NCBI GenBank assembly: GCA_037131675.1
Contig: JBAXQO010000003.1
Span: 2,487 to 66,486, forward strand
Source of the DNA: a bacterium
GTDB lineage: Bacteria > Patescibacteriota > Minisyncoccia > Phycocordibacterales > CAIZIN01
DNA length: 64,000 nucleotides
Direction of reading: 5' to 3'
Made by a program: the position numbers and the translations under genes. Position 1 is the first letter of the stretch. Each line of letters opens with the position of its first letter. Under the pieces are notes generated by a model that saw nothing but the letters and a program-made list of their open reading frames with translations, had not been told where the DNA came from and did no database searches. This document shows, in pieces, positions 1-9,493 of this stretch.

Positions 1-218
1 TCTTTACTGGATACAAACCACAATTTTACATTGGTACAACAGACGTTACTGGTGAAGTAACTCTAAAGGAAGGTGTAGAAATGGTTATGCCAGGCGATAC
101 CGTAACCTTCAAGGTTAAACTTATTGCTCCTATTGCTCTCGAAGAGAAGAAGAAATTCGCTATCCGAGAAGGTGGTAGAACAGTGGGTGCCGGTGTTGTA
201 ACAAAAATCGTAGCCTAA
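1..218 (+). CDS. tuf: Elongation factor Tu, C-terminal part (runs off window start)
   Basis: Frame from nt 3 reads [17 protein letters not shown]...MVMPGD...[20 protein letters not shown], the EF-Tu domain III signature; lies upstream of rpsJ. Confidence 0.97.
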   Translation, partial: FTGYKPQFYIGTTDVTGEVTLKEGVEMVMPGDTVTFKVKLIAPIALEEKKKFAIREGGRTVGAGVVTKIVA

Positions 219-271
219 ATTAACCGTGGAAAAGTGACTTCATACGAAGTCACTTCAAAACGGATTGCACT

Positions 272-646
272 ATGACAACAGATACCGTAAAAAAGAAAGC
301 GCCAGCACGAGCAGCAAAGATAAAAGTTCCTACTGAAGGAATCAATAAACTTCGTATCCGTGTTCGCGCATATGAATCAAAAATTCTCGATGCTTCAGTA
401 AAGCAGATTGTTGACACTGCACTTCGCTATGATGCGAAGGTTGTGGGGCCAATGCCTCTTCCTACTGAAATTCGTAAGTACACTGTGAACCGTTCAGCAT
501 TCGTGTATAAAAATGCGCGAGAACAGTTTGAGATGAGGGTGCACAAGCGACTTATAGATATCGAGAATCCAAACGCGAAAGTAATTGAAGCTCTAACAAA
601 TATGTCTCTTCCATCAGGTGTGAATATCGATGTAAAGATGATGTAG
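272..646 (+). CDS. rpsJ: 30S ribosomal protein S10 (basic N-terminal extension)
   Basis: LRIRVRAY, GPMPLPT, REQFEMRVHKRLIDI motifs. Confidence 0.97.
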   Translation: MTTDTVKKKAPARAAKIKVPTEGINKLRIRVRAYESKILDASVKQIVDTALRYDAKVVGPMPLPTEIRKYTVNRSAFVYKNAREQFEMRVHKRLIDIENPNAKVIEALTNMSLPSGVNIDVKMM

Positions 647-718
647 ATGTGATTGATTTTCAAAATTGAAAATCAAAGAGGGTAGAAGACAGATTTTGAC
701 AGACTAATAATTCGGCAA

Positions 719-752
719 GTATTCCCGCGCGCCCTAGGGCGCGCGGGAATAC
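719..752. repeat. 34-bp perfect GC-rich palindrome 10 nt upstream of rplC
   Basis: GTATTCCCGCGCGCCCTAGGGCGCGCGGGAATAC equals its own reverse complement. Confidence 0.9.
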
Positions 753-762
753 CAATACCACT

Positions 763-1371
763 ATGAAATATATACTTGGAATAAAACAGAATATGACCCA
801 AGTGTTCGACGAAAATGGAATTGTCTACCCCGTAACAGTGGTAAAGACAACTCCTAACGTTGTAACACAGGTTAAAACCAAAGACCGAGATGGCTACGAA
901 GCTCTCCAGGTTGGTTTTGGTGTGCGAAAAGAAAAGAACATAAACAAAGCACAGCTAGGACAGTTCAAGGATCTTGGACTTTTCCAGTTTGTACGAGAAA
1001 TCCGAACAGGTGAAGCTAAAAATGTTGGCGATGCTCTTGATCTTTCTCAATTTACTGAAGGTGAAAAAATCACTATCACTTCAGTTTCAAAAGGAAAAGG
1101 TTTTCAGGGTGTAGTTAAACGACATGGTTTCCATGGAGGTCCCCGAAGTCACGGTCAGAAGCACTCTGAGCGAGAACCAGGTTCTATCTCTGGAGGCAAC
1201 CGAGAAGGTGGACGTGTGCCAAAAGGTATGCGCATGGCAGGTCGCATGGGTGGTGACATCATCACTGTAAAGAATTTAAAAGTAGTACAGATTGATTCAG
1301 AGAAAGGCGAAATCCTTATTAAGGGTGCCGTTCCTGGTCGACGAGGTACATTGGTCGAGATTAAGGCTTAA
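763..1371 (+). CDS. rplC: 50S ribosomal protein L3
   Basis: SKGKGFQGVVKRHGF, RMAGRMGG, KGAVPG motifs; operon order. Confidence 0.97.
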   Translation: MKYILGIKQNMTQVFDENGIVYPVTVVKTTPNVVTQVKTKDRDGYEALQVGFGVRKEKNINKAQLGQFKDLGLFQFVREIRTGEAKNVGDALDLSQFTEGEKITITSVSKGKGFQGVVKRHGFHGGPRSHGQKHSEREPGSISGGNREGGRVPKGMRMAGRMGGDIITVKNLKVVQIDSEKGEILIKGAVPGRRGTLVEIKA

Positions 1372-1389
1372 TACAATAGAAAATATATT

Positions 1390-2052
1390 ATGGAAACAAA
1401 AATATACAACCAAAAAGGACAGGAAGCGGGAACTATTGCATTGCCTGAATCTATTTTCGGCCTTGCATGGAATTCTGACTTGGTACACCAAGTAGCGGTT
1501 TCAATGATGAGTACTGCTCGTCAGCCTATCGCTCATACAAAAGATCGTGGTGAAGTTTCAGGTGGTGGTAAAAAACCATGGAAACAAAAGGGAACTGGTC
1601 GTGCACGACACGGATCTACTCGATCTCCGATCTGGGTAGGTGGAGGTGTTGCACACGGTCCTCGAAATGAAAAGATTTATGACCGAAAGGTAAACCGAAA
1701 GATGAAAACAAAAGCAATCTTTACTATTCTTTCACGAAAGTTTAAGGATGGAGAAATGATTTTTGTTGATTCTCTAAAAATTGCTGAACCAAAAACAAAA
1801 GATGCAAAAAACATTCTTATGTCTCTTGGTGAAGTAAAGGGTTTTGAAAAACTAGCAACAAAACGAAAGAATGCTGCTTACATCGGCCTTATGGCTAAAG
1901 ATGCTGCAACAGAAAAGAGCTTCCAAAATATCGGAAGTGTAATGGTCGATGAATTCCGCAATGTAAACCCGGTTGATCTTTTGAACTCAAAGTTCGTTGT
2001 GATCTCTGAACCGGAAAAAGCATTTGCATTTTTGCAGTCTAAGAAAGCCTAA
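1390..2052 (+). CDS. rplD: 50S ribosomal protein L4
   Basis: TKDRGEVSGGGKKPWKQKGTGRARHGS motif. Confidence 0.97.
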   Translation: METKIYNQKGQEAGTIALPESIFGLAWNSDLVHQVAVSMMSTARQPIAHTKDRGEVSGGGKKPWKQKGTGRARHGSTRSPIWVGGGVAHGPRNEKIYDRKVNRKMKTKAIFTILSRKFKDGEMIFVDSLKIAEPKTKDAKNILMSLGEVKGFEKLATKRKNAAYIGLMAKDAATEKSFQNIGSVMVDEFRNVNPVDLLNSKFVVISEPEKAFAFLQSKKA

Positions 2053-2057
2053 ATATT

Positions 2058-2369
2058 ATGGAAAAGACAGCAACAAAAATAAATGTGATAAAACGAGACA
2101 TTTCAAATGTTCTTGTAAAGCCTCGTATTACTGAAAAGGCGGCATACGGTTCTGCTCACAATGCATATGCATTCGAAATCGCTCCTTGGGCAACTAAGGA
2201 TGAGGTTAAGAAAGCGGTACAGGCAGTTTATAAAGTGACTCCAATCAAAGTAACCGTTGTTAACCTTCCAGCAAAGAACGTAGTTGTTCGAGGAAAGAAG
2301 GGTGTAAAGAGCGGTGTTAAGAAAGCATATGTTTTTCTTAGGAAGGGAGATAAAATTGAATTCATCTAG
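2058..2369 (+). CDS. rplW: 50S ribosomal protein L23
   Basis: PRITEKA, ATKDEVKKAV, KKAYV motifs; position. Confidence 0.95.
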   Translation: MEKTATKINVIKRDISNVLVKPRITEKAAYGSAHNAYAFEIAPWATKDEVKKAVQAVYKVTPIKVTVVNLPAKNVVVRGKKGVKSGVKKAYVFLRKGDKIEFI

Positions 2370-2371
2370 CC

Positions 2372-3220
2372 ATGAAACGATATAAACCAACATCAAAATC
2401 TCGACGCCAGATGACAACCGTTTCTTACGGTGACCATCTTACAGTTGCAGAGCCTCACAAAGCTCTAACTGGTGGTTTCAAGAGATATGTAGGACGAAAC
2501 AATGCTGGACGAGTTTCTATGCGTCACAAAGGTGGTGGCGTAAAGCGACTTTACCGAGCAGTGGACTTCTCATACAATAAGAAAAATATTCCTGCAAAAA
2601 TAGAAACTGTTGAATACGATCCAAACCGAACTGGTTTCATCGGTCTTGCATGTTATGCAGACGGTGAACGCCGATACGTGCTTATTCCAAAGTCTCTCAA
2701 AGTAGGTGATAAGTTTGAGGTCTCAGAAGATGCTCCTGTAAAACCAGGTAACCGACTTGCTCTCAAAAATATTCCAGTAGGTACATTTGTGTACAACGTG
2801 GAAATCAAGATAGACGGCGGTGCCAGAATTGCTCGTTCTGCAGGTAACTACGCTCAAGTGGTTGCTCAAGACGGCGATTGGGTTCACGTAAAGTCTCCAT
2901 CAACTGAAATTCGAAAAATTCTCGCTGGATGTTATGCATCTATCGGAGAAGTTTCAAATGATGAAAATCATCTTGTTAATCTAGGTAAAGCTGGACGCTC
3001 ACGATGGCTCGGTATTAAACCAACTGTTCGAGGTAGTGCTATGAACCCAGTAGACCACCCATACGGAGGAGGTGAAGGTGTTCAGGGACGAGGTACAAGA
3101 CGTGCTAAAACCAAGTGGGGTAAACCTGTTGGTAAAGGACAGAAGTCTCGACGTGCAAAGAAATATTCAAACAAATTTGTTGTTTCTCGCCGAAAGGTTG
3201 GAAAGTCAAAGAAAGGTTAG
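2372..3220 (+). CDS. rplB: 50S ribosomal protein L2
   Basis: EYDPNRT, ARSAG, VRGSAMNPVDHPYGGGEG. Confidence 0.98.
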   Translation: MKRYKPTSKSRRQMTTVSYGDHLTVAEPHKALTGGFKRYVGRNNAGRVSMRHKGGGVKRLYRAVDFSYNKKNIPAKIETVEYDPNRTGFIGLACYADGERRYVLIPKSLKVGDKFEVSEDAPVKPGNRLALKNIPVGTFVYNVEIKIDGGARIARSAGNYAQVVAQDGDWVHVKSPSTEIRKILAGCYASIGEVSNDENHLVNLGKAGRSRWLGIKPTVRGSAMNPVDHPYGGGEGVQGRGTRRAKTKWGKPVGKGQKSRRAKKYSNKFVVSRRKVGKSKKG

Positions 3221-3240
3221 TTTGAAATTGTTTCAAAAAC

Positions 3241-3280
3241 AAAGCAAAAAACCACCCCTCTCGGGGTGGTTTTTTGCTTT
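3241..3280. terminator. Intrinsic terminator after rplB
   Basis: AAAGCAAAAAACCACCCC-tctc-GGGGTGGTTTTTTGCTTT. Confidence 0.8.
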
Positions 3281-3346
3281 TGAAAGCTTTTCCTCTAAAT
3301 ATGTGAGTTCGTAAGTCTAGATTGTTAAGTTAAATAAGTAAAACTG

Positions 3347-3374
3347 TTGACAATAATTAATTTTTTGATAATAT
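3347..3374 (+). promoter_or_regulatory. Sigma70-type promoter upstream of rpsS
   Basis: TTGACA (3347-3352), 16 nt spacer, TAATAT (3369-3374) with extended -10 TG. Confidence 0.65.
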
Positions 3375-3412
3375 GCTTGGCACTGCTCATCTAGAGCTTT
3401 TTCATATACAAA

Positions 3413-3757
3413 ATGACACGATCACTTAAAAAAGGACCATACGTAGACGAGCGATTACTAGGAAAGATCGCTGGTAAAAAACCTCTTGAAACAGGTCTTA
3501 TTAAGACATGGTCACGAGACTGCCAAATCTCTCCAGAAATGATAGGTTTTACATTCGGCGTACACAACGGTAAAGACCATATTGCAGTACTTGTTACAGA
3601 AGATATGGTAGGTCACCGACTTGGAGAATTTTCACTTACACGTAAATTCGTTAAACACGGAGGTAAAATGCAGAAAGAACTTGAACAGTCTAAGAAAGAT
3701 GCCGAACTTGCAGCCGCAAAAGCAGCTAAATCAGCAACTGAAACTAAGAAGAAATAA
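3413..3757 (+). CDS. rpsS: 30S ribosomal protein S19
   Basis: [28 protein letters not shown]. Confidence 0.97.
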   Translation: MTRSLKKGPYVDERLLGKIAGKKPLETGLIKTWSRDCQISPEMIGFTFGVHNGKDHIAVLVTEDMVGHRLGEFSLTRKFVKHGGKMQKELEQSKKDAELAAAKAAKSATETKKK

Positions 3758-3762
3758 TCACT

Positions 3763-4203
3763 ATGAAAGCAACACTCTCACAATACAGACAGTCTCCACG
3801 TAAAGTTCGCGTAGTTGCGGACATGGTTCGTGGTAAGAAAGTTTCAGAAGCTGTTACAATATTTACTCTTGTTCCAAAGCGAGCAGGACTTCCACTTAAA
3901 AAACTCCTAGAATCAGCCATTGCAAACGCAAAGAACAGTGGTGCAGATATAGATTCTTTGATTGTGAAAGAAGTTCGTGTTGATGGTGGTGTGGTTATGA
4001 AACGACAAATGCCTCGTGCTTTTGGTCGTGCATACGCTATAAAAAAGCGAACAAGTCACGTACACATCGAGCTTGGAGTAAAGGAAAGTAAGGTAAAAGG
4101 TATAGCAGCGCCCGTAAAAGAAGCAAAAGCTGAAAAAAAGGCAACAGTTAAAAAAGTTGCTGCAAAAAAAACAACAGTTAAAAAAACTAAGAAATCAGAA
4201 TAA
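3763..4203 (+). CDS. rplV: 50S ribosomal protein L22 with Lys/Ala-rich tail
   Basis: [28 protein letters not shown]. Confidence 0.96.
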   Translation: MKATLSQYRQSPRKVRVVADMVRGKKVSEAVTIFTLVPKRAGLPLKKLLESAIANAKNSGADIDSLIVKEVRVDGGVVMKRQMPRAFGRAYAIKKRTSHVHIELGVKESKVKGIAAPVKEAKAEKKATVKKVAAKKTTVKKTKKSE

Positions 4204-4208
4204 TTATT

Positions 4209-4865
4209 ATGTCACACACAGTTCACCCATATTCACATAGACTTGGTATCATCAGAGATTGGAAATCTCGATGGTTTGGTACACACAAAAAATATCGTGA
4301 CTTCCTTCGTGGCGACATGATCATTCGACGATTTATTGAAAGTAAGTACAGAGGATACTATATTGCTGGTTGTGAAATTGAAAGAAGCGATAAAGCTCTT
4401 CGTGTTATTCTTAAAACTTCACGCCCAGGAATGCTTATCGGACGAAATGGGGAAGGTGTAATCAAACTTAAATCAAATCTTGCTGCTCTACTTAAGAAAG
4501 AAGAACTCATCGGTAAAGAAGATTTACGAATCGATATTGAAGAAGTTCGTTCCCCAGAAGCCAATGCTCACATTGTGAGTCAGATGGTTGCAGAAACGCT
4601 TGAAAAGCGTATGCCATTCCGTCGTGTACTAAAACAGACAATTGAGAAGGTAATGGCAAATAGAGAAGTGAAGGGTGTGCGTATCGCATTGGCGGGCCGA
4701 CTTGGAGGTGCTGAAATGGCTCGTCGTGAAGAACTTAAAAAAGGTCGCATTCCGCTTCAGACATTCCGTGCTGACATTGACTTCTCCCGTTACGAGGCTC
4801 ATATGACATACGGACAGATTGGTATCAAGACCTGGATCTATAAGGGTGAGGTCTTTAAGAAATAA
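4209..4865 (+). CDS. rpsC: 30S ribosomal protein S3
   Basis: RPGMLIG, GRLGGAEMAR, PLQTFRADID. Confidence 0.97.
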   Translation: MSHTVHPYSHRLGIIRDWKSRWFGTHKKYRDFLRGDMIIRRFIESKYRGYYIAGCEIERSDKALRVILKTSRPGMLIGRNGEGVIKLKSNLAALLKKEELIGKEDLRIDIEEVRSPEANAHIVSQMVAETLEKRMPFRRVLKQTIEKVMANREVKGVRIALAGRLGGAEMARREELKKGRIPLQTFRADIDFSRYEAHMTYGQIGIKTWIYKGEVFKK

Positions 4866-4880
4866 CTTTAATTTATTATC

Positions 4881-5303
4881 ATGTTACTCCCAAAGAAAGT
4901 AAAACATCGAAAATGGCAGAATGCACGACGAAATCCTGCAAGAGCTCGCGTTGAAAACCGTGGGGTAAATCTTGACTTCGGGGGATATGGTCTCAAAGCC
5001 ACAACCCAAGGACGTATAGAGTCAAAACAAATCGAATCAGCTCGAAAGGCAATTTCCCGAACACTCGGAAAAACTGGACGTATGTGGATTCGAATATTCC
5101 CAGACAGACCTTTTACTCAAAAGCCAGCTGAAGTAAAGCTTGGTAAAGGTAAAGGAGATGTTCAGGGTTATTGTGTTGAAATCTGGCCAGGACGAATTCT
5201 TTTTGAAGTTGATGGTGCAACACCAGAAGTTTCAAGAGAGGCTCTACGAAAAGCTGGAACAAAGCTTCCTGTTAAATGTAAAATAATTGCTCGCGAAGCA
5301 TAA
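4881..5303 (+). CDS. rplP: 50S ribosomal protein L16
   Basis: MLLPKKVKHRK, WIRIFPD, GKGKG. Confidence 0.97.
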   Translation: MLLPKKVKHRKWQNARRNPARARVENRGVNLDFGGYGLKATTQGRIESKQIESARKAISRTLGKTGRMWIRIFPDRPFTQKPAEVKLGKGKGDVQGYCVEIWPGRILFEVDGATPEVSREALRKAGTKLPVKCKIIAREA

Positions 5304-5310
5304 TCCAACC

Positions 5311-5490
5311 ATGAAAGATATCAAAACAAAAAATGATAGGGATTTGGTAAAAGATCTTGCAGAAAAACGAGAAGCTATTCGAGCAATCCGTTTTAATATT
5401 GCTGGAAGTAAAACTCGAAACGTAAAAGAATCAAAAGGTCTCAAGAAAGATGTTGCTCGTATATTGACTGAGCTCAACTCTCGAAAATAA
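5311..5490 (+). CDS. rpmC: 50S ribosomal protein L29 (ATG at 5311 preferred)
   Basis: KKDVARILT motif; between rplP and rpsQ. Confidence 0.92.
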   Translation: MKDIKTKNDRDLVKDLAEKREAIRAIRFNIAGSKTRNVKESKGLKKDVARILTELNSRK

Positions 5491-5498
5491 AAATTATT

Positions 5499-5750
5499 AT
5501 GGAAAAGACACAAGAACAAAAGAAGGGAGGTAGAATCTTCAAAGGCACAGTAGTTTCAGATAAGATGAAAGATACTGTTGTTGTTAAAGTTGAGAGCTAC
5601 CAAAAGCATCCTAAATACGGAAAATTTCTCCGTTCCCAGAAGAAATTCAAAGCTCATAATCCAGGTAATACTGTGAAAGTGGGTGATGTAGTAGAAATTA
5701 TGGAATGTCGACCAATTTCAAAAGATAAGAGTTTTATCGTTGTTAAATAA
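5499..5750 (+). CDS. rpsQ: 30S ribosomal protein S17
   Basis: GTVVSDKMKDT, HPKYGK, ECRPISK. Confidence 0.97.
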   Translation: MEKTQEQKKGGRIFKGTVVSDKMKDTVVVKVESYQKHPKYGKFLRSQKKFKAHNPGNTVKVGDVVEIMECRPISKDKSFIVVK

Positions 5751-5756
5751 ACTGCC

Positions 5757-6128
5757 ATGATTCAACCACAAACAATCGTAACAATTGCAGACAACTCCGG
5801 AGCAAAAATCGGACGAATCTTCAAGGTGCTTGGTTCTGCAGCAAAACGCTACGCTCGTCTCGGCGAATTGGTAGTTCTTTCAGTACAGAAAGCTGAACCT
5901 CGAAAGGCAACAAAAAAGAAGGATATTCATCATGCAGTTGTGGTACGTACAAAAGCGGCATATCGAAGAAAAGATGGTTCATACATTCGTTTTGATGAAA
6001 ATGCAGTTGTGCTTGTTGATAAGGTAAAAGGTGAACCAATTGCAGGACGTGTATTCGGTCCTATTCCTCGAGAAATTTCTGAAAAAGGTTATCAGTCAAT
6101 TGCCTCAAAAGCTCCTGAAATCGTATAA
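5757..6128 (+). CDS. rplN: 50S ribosomal protein L14
   Basis: MIQPQT, ADNSGA, RFDENAVV, RVFGPI, APEIV. Confidence 0.97.
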   Translation: MIQPQTIVTIADNSGAKIGRIFKVLGSAAKRYARLGELVVLSVQKAEPRKATKKKDIHHAVVVRTKAAYRRKDGSYIRFDENAVVLVDKVKGEPIAGRVFGPIPREISEKGYQSIASKAPEIV

Positions 6129-6143
6129 TTATAAAAACTATAT

Positions 6144-6458
6144 ATGGCAAAGATTAAAAAAGGCGACAATGTAATAGTGATCACAGGTAAAGATAAAGGC
6201 AAGAAAGGCACTATTTCAAAGTCATTTCCAAAAGAAAACAAAGTACTCATTGACGGTGTTAATGTAGTAAAGGTTCATACAAAACGTGGTAAAAAGGGAA
6301 GCACAAAAGGACAGATTATTGAACGCCCAATGCCAATCAACGTTTCAAATGTAATGATCGCAGATTCTAGTAAAGCAGGCCGAACTCGCGTAGGTTACAA
6401 AGTTATCGATGGCAAAAAGGTACGAATTGCCAAGAAAACCAACAAAGAAATAAAATAA
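6144..6458 (+). CDS. rplX: 50S ribosomal protein L24
   Basis: KOW motif IKKGDNVIVITGKDKGKKG, INVSNV. Confidence 0.97.
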   Translation: MAKIKKGDNVIVITGKDKGKKGTISKSFPKENKVLIDGVNVVKVHTKRGKKGSTKGQIIERPMPINVSNVMIADSSKAGRTRVGYKVIDGKKVRIAKKTNKEIK

Positions 6459-6459
6459 T

Positions 6460-7005
6460 ATGGCACAATTTACATCAGTAAAAGAAAAAATATCACAGGC
6501 TTACGATACAATGAAGCCAGTTTTTGGATACAAAAACAAAATGCAGGCTCCAAAGATTTCAAAAGTTGTAGTGTCTGTAGGTGTTGGTTCTCAGAAAGAT
6601 AAAAAGAAGATTGAGCTTATCGCAAATCGATTAGAAAAAATCACTGGTCAGAAAGCCGCAGCCAGAAATGCAAAGAAATCTATTGCAACATTTAAGGTTC
6701 GTGAAGGCGACTTGAGTGGCTACCAGATCACACTTCGTGGTAAACGAATGTTTGATTTCCTTGACCGACTTCTAAATATCTCACTTCCTCGAACAAAAGA
6801 CTTCCGTGGTATTTCACGAAAGGGTGTTGATGAAATGGGCAACTACACACTTGGTATTAAAGAGCATTCAATTTTCCCTGAAACAGCCGACGAAGATATT
6901 AAGGATGTGTTCGGTATGTCAGTGATTGTTGTAACAAACGTTAAAGACAAGAAAGAAACTCTTACACTTCTCGAAAACATCGGTTTTCCTTTCAAGAAGG
7001 ACTAA
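6460..7005 (+). CDS. rplE: 50S ribosomal protein L5
   Basis: ITGQK, TLRGKRM, LPRTKDFRG, GNYTLG. Confidence 0.97.
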   Translation: MAQFTSVKEKISQAYDTMKPVFGYKNKMQAPKISKVVVSVGVGSQKDKKKIELIANRLEKITGQKAAARNAKKSIATFKVREGDLSGYQITLRGKRMFDFLDRLLNISLPRTKDFRGISRKGVDEMGNYTLGIKEHSIFPETADEDIKDVFGMSVIVVTNVKDKKETLTLLENIGFPFKKD

Positions 7006-7016
7006 AGAAAAAAATA

Positions 7017-7057
7017 AAAAACAAGCGGCGTGGACTTTGTCCACGCCGCTTGTTTTT
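7017..7057. terminator. Intrinsic terminator after rplE
   Basis: 19-bp stem AAAAACAAGCGGCGTGGAC-ttt-GTCCACGCCGCTTGTTTTT. Confidence 0.8.
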
Positions 7058-7131
7058 AAACCCACTTTCTTTTTTCCTTGAGTTATTTTCTGGGGGGGTA
7101 TAATTTCTTCATATTAGATTAATAATCAGTA

Positions 7132-8772
7132 ATGAAGAAAATTTTATTTCCATTGTTTGTGTTTTTGTGTCTGTTCACCTTTACTCCTCAGACCCATGCT
7201 GCTACCAAATATTGGTATAGTGCAAGTAGTACAAATTGGGCAACTAGTACTAATTGGTTCCTGGATATTAATCTCACTGCCCCAACGGTTGTGGCAACAA
7301 GTGGTGATTATGTAGTTTTGCTGCCCGGATCAGTTGCACCTGTTCTTAATTTAAGTAGTTCAACACCACCTGATTTTATTGAGTCTAGACTGACCGGAGA
7401 TGCTGGTTCTGCTGGTTTCGTTATTACTGGTAGTGGATTTTTCTCTGCGACAACCAGCGGAAATGTTAATTTCAAAGGATCTGTATTTAATAACGCATAT
7501 ATTACGGGAAACGTTGTGTTTAATGATAGTTCTCGAAATAATAATGGAATAATTTCTGGAAGTGCTATTTTTAATAATAGCGCATTAAATTCTGGTGATG
7601 TCCTTGGTAGTGTGACATTTAATGATGGTAGTGTGAATACTGCAGTAAGTGCGTTTGGATCTACTACGGGTTCTGTTATTTTTAATGGTAACTCTAGAAA
7701 TGTTGGTCAGATAAGAAATAATGCTATTTTTAACGGAAGTTCCACAAATGCAGCTAATATAACAGGTAATGCGGTATTTAATAATAATTCATATAATGAT
7801 GGAGGTACTATAGAAGGTAATGCTACTTTTAATACAACTTGGTATAACAATGGTTCTAACAGTGCAAATAATGGAACATTTACTGTTTCTGGTCATAGAG
7901 CCTGGAACTATAGAGTAGGTGGAACTGTTTATGGCTCCGACGGTTTACCGGTGAATGAATTTTTCTTTAAAGATTTTGCTTCCAACTTTGTTCCGATAAA
8001 TAAACCTTCATATTTTTTGGATTTTGCAAAAAATTATTCATCCTCACTGTCCGAAACAGCCACTTTTTGTGGGGATAATTCGGAAGATGTTGGTGGTACA
8101 GCCCAAAGAATGCGTTACTATAGCTCAGATTGTACGCAATCCACGACTACTCGAAATTTTGTAAGTTCAGTACCTTGGGTTGTATCCGCTGATGGTGTTC
8201 GGGTTAACATGGCAAGTAGCACATATAATGCAAGTACAACATTTACTGCAATTAACGGAGGCTCATTTATTCCAAGTAACCTTGTTCCTACGGGTCTTTC
8301 GATTTCAAATCCCGCCACAAGTACTACGGTTACATCGTGGGCGCCAGTAATAAATTGGGGTGATTCAACGAGTTTTGCATATTCTTTCGATGATACTGAT
8401 TACGTCGATCTAGCTTCTGCGACAAGTTCTATTCCAGCCCCAACATTTGGTCAACATGTATTATCAATTCGAGGTACAAATTCAACAGGTATAACAATAG
8501 TTTCATCTTCATTTACTTATTCCCAACCTGTCGTTGTTAATTCTGGAGGTGGTTCATCTGGTGGGTCATCTCATGGAGGTGGTGGAGGTGGAGGGGGCTC
8601 AGCTAAGACGACCGCAACTGCAAGTACCTCGGTATCAACCTTAAAAGTTCCGGTAACTCCGGAAACAATTACAGCACTTAAACAAGAGCTTACAAAACAA
8701 CTTATAGCAGCTCTTCAGGAATTGCTGAAACAGCTTATTGCTGAGTTGGCCAAACTTCAGGCTGCTAAGTAA
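7132..8772 (+). CDS. Secreted Ser/Thr/Asn-rich beta-solenoid repeat protein inserted between rplE and rpsN
   Basis: Signal peptide ending THA-A; about 7 GxA/VxFNxxSxN repeats; Gly-rich linker; amphipathic C-terminal helix; TATAAT at 7099. Confidence 0.8.
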   Translation: MKKILFPLFVFLCLFTFTPQTHAATKYWYSASSTNWATSTNWFLDINLTAPTVVATSGDYVVLLPGSVAPVLNLSSSTPPDFIESRLTGDAGSAGFVITGSGFFSATTSGNVNFKGSVFNNAYITGNVVFNDSSRNNNGIISGSAIFNNSALNSGDVLGSVTFNDGSVNTAVSAFGSTTGSVIFNGNSRNVGQIRNNAIFNGSSTNAANITGNAVFNNNSYNDGGTIEGNATFNTTWYNNGSNSANNGTFTVSGHRAWNYRVGGTVYGSDGLPVNEFFFKDFASNFVPINKPSYFLDFAKNYSSSLSETATFCGDNSEDVGGTAQRMRYYSSDCTQSTTTRNFVSSVPWVVSADGVRVNMASSTYNASTTFTAINGGSFIPSNLVPTGLSISNPATSTTVTSWAPVINWGDSTSFAYSFDDTDYVDLASATSSIPAPTFGQHVLSIRGTNSTGITIVSSSFTYSQPVVVNSGGGSSGGSSHGGGGGGGGSAKTTATASTSVSTLKVPVTPETITALKQELTKQLIAALQELLKQLIAELAKLQAAK

Positions 8773-8791
8773 TTTAGGGTATTGTTTTTAT

Positions 8792-8830
8792 AATCCGACC
8801 ACTCCAGGTGATACCTAGAGTGGTCGGATT
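8792..8830 (+). terminator. Hairpin/terminator after the inserted gene
   Basis: AATCCGACCACTC...GAGTGGTCGGATT followed by Ts. Confidence 0.65.
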
Positions 8831-8833
8831 TTG

Positions 8834-8862
8834 TTGACATTCCTCGGTTTTTTTGATAATAT
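8834..8862 (+). promoter_or_regulatory. Sigma70-type promoter upstream of rpsN
   Basis: TTGACA (8834-8839), 17 nt spacer, TAATAT (8857-8862) with extended -10 TG. Confidence 0.7.
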
Positions 8863-8907
8863 CTGCCGAGCTCTATATGAGCGTTTTCTTATTAATTATA
8901 AATTTAT

Positions 8908-9093
8908 ATGGCAAAAACATCAGTAAAAGTACGTGCTGCCCGAAAGCCGAAATTCAGCTCTCGCATCGTGAGACGCTGTGTTCGCTGTGGTCGAAAGCGA
9001 GGATATATGCGGGACTTCGGGTTGTGTCGCGTTTGCTTCAGAGAAATGGCCAATGACGGCCTTATTCCTGGCATCAAAAAATCATCATGGTAA
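8908..9093 (+). CDS. rpsN: 30S ribosomal protein S14, zinc-binding (type Z) form
   Basis: 61 aa, CVRCGR...[18 protein letters not shown]. Confidence 0.97.
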   Translation: MAKTSVKVRAARKPKFSSRIVRRCVRCGRKRGYMRDFGLCRVCFREMANDGLIPGIKKSSW

Positions 9094-9482
9094 TAGACTC
9101 AATCTCAAATCTCATCGTTCATCTTAAAAACTCTAATAATGCAGGAGTTCAAACTGCAAACATTACGTTTTCAAAGATGAAACTTGAGGTTCTTAAGCTT
9201 CTGGAAAAGGAAGGATATGTAGGTAAAGTAAAAGAAGTTGGAAAAAAAGACGTTAAAAAAATGATTGAGGTTGAACTCCTCTATACCAACAAAGAACCAG
9301 CTATCATGGGTGTAAAGCGAGTATCTCACTTTTCACGCCGTGTGTATTTAAAAGCTAAGGAAATCGCTCCAGTCAAGAACGGCTACGGTATTCTTGTTAT
9401 GACAACTCCAAAGGGAATCATGACAGGTAAGGATGCTCAAGCTCAGCATCTTGGTGGTGAGGCCCTATTTAATATTTGGTAA
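9087..9482 (+). CDS. rpsH: 30S ribosomal protein S8
   Basis: [21 protein letters not shown]. Confidence 0.95.
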   Translation: MVIDSISNLIVHLKNSNNAGVQTANITFSKMKLEVLKLLEKEGYVGKVKEVGKKDVKKMIEVELLYTNKEPAIMGVKRVSHFSRRVYLKAKEIAPVKNGYGILVMTTPKGIMTGKDAQAQHLGGEALFNIW

Positions 9483-9493
9483 TTTCTACAAAC

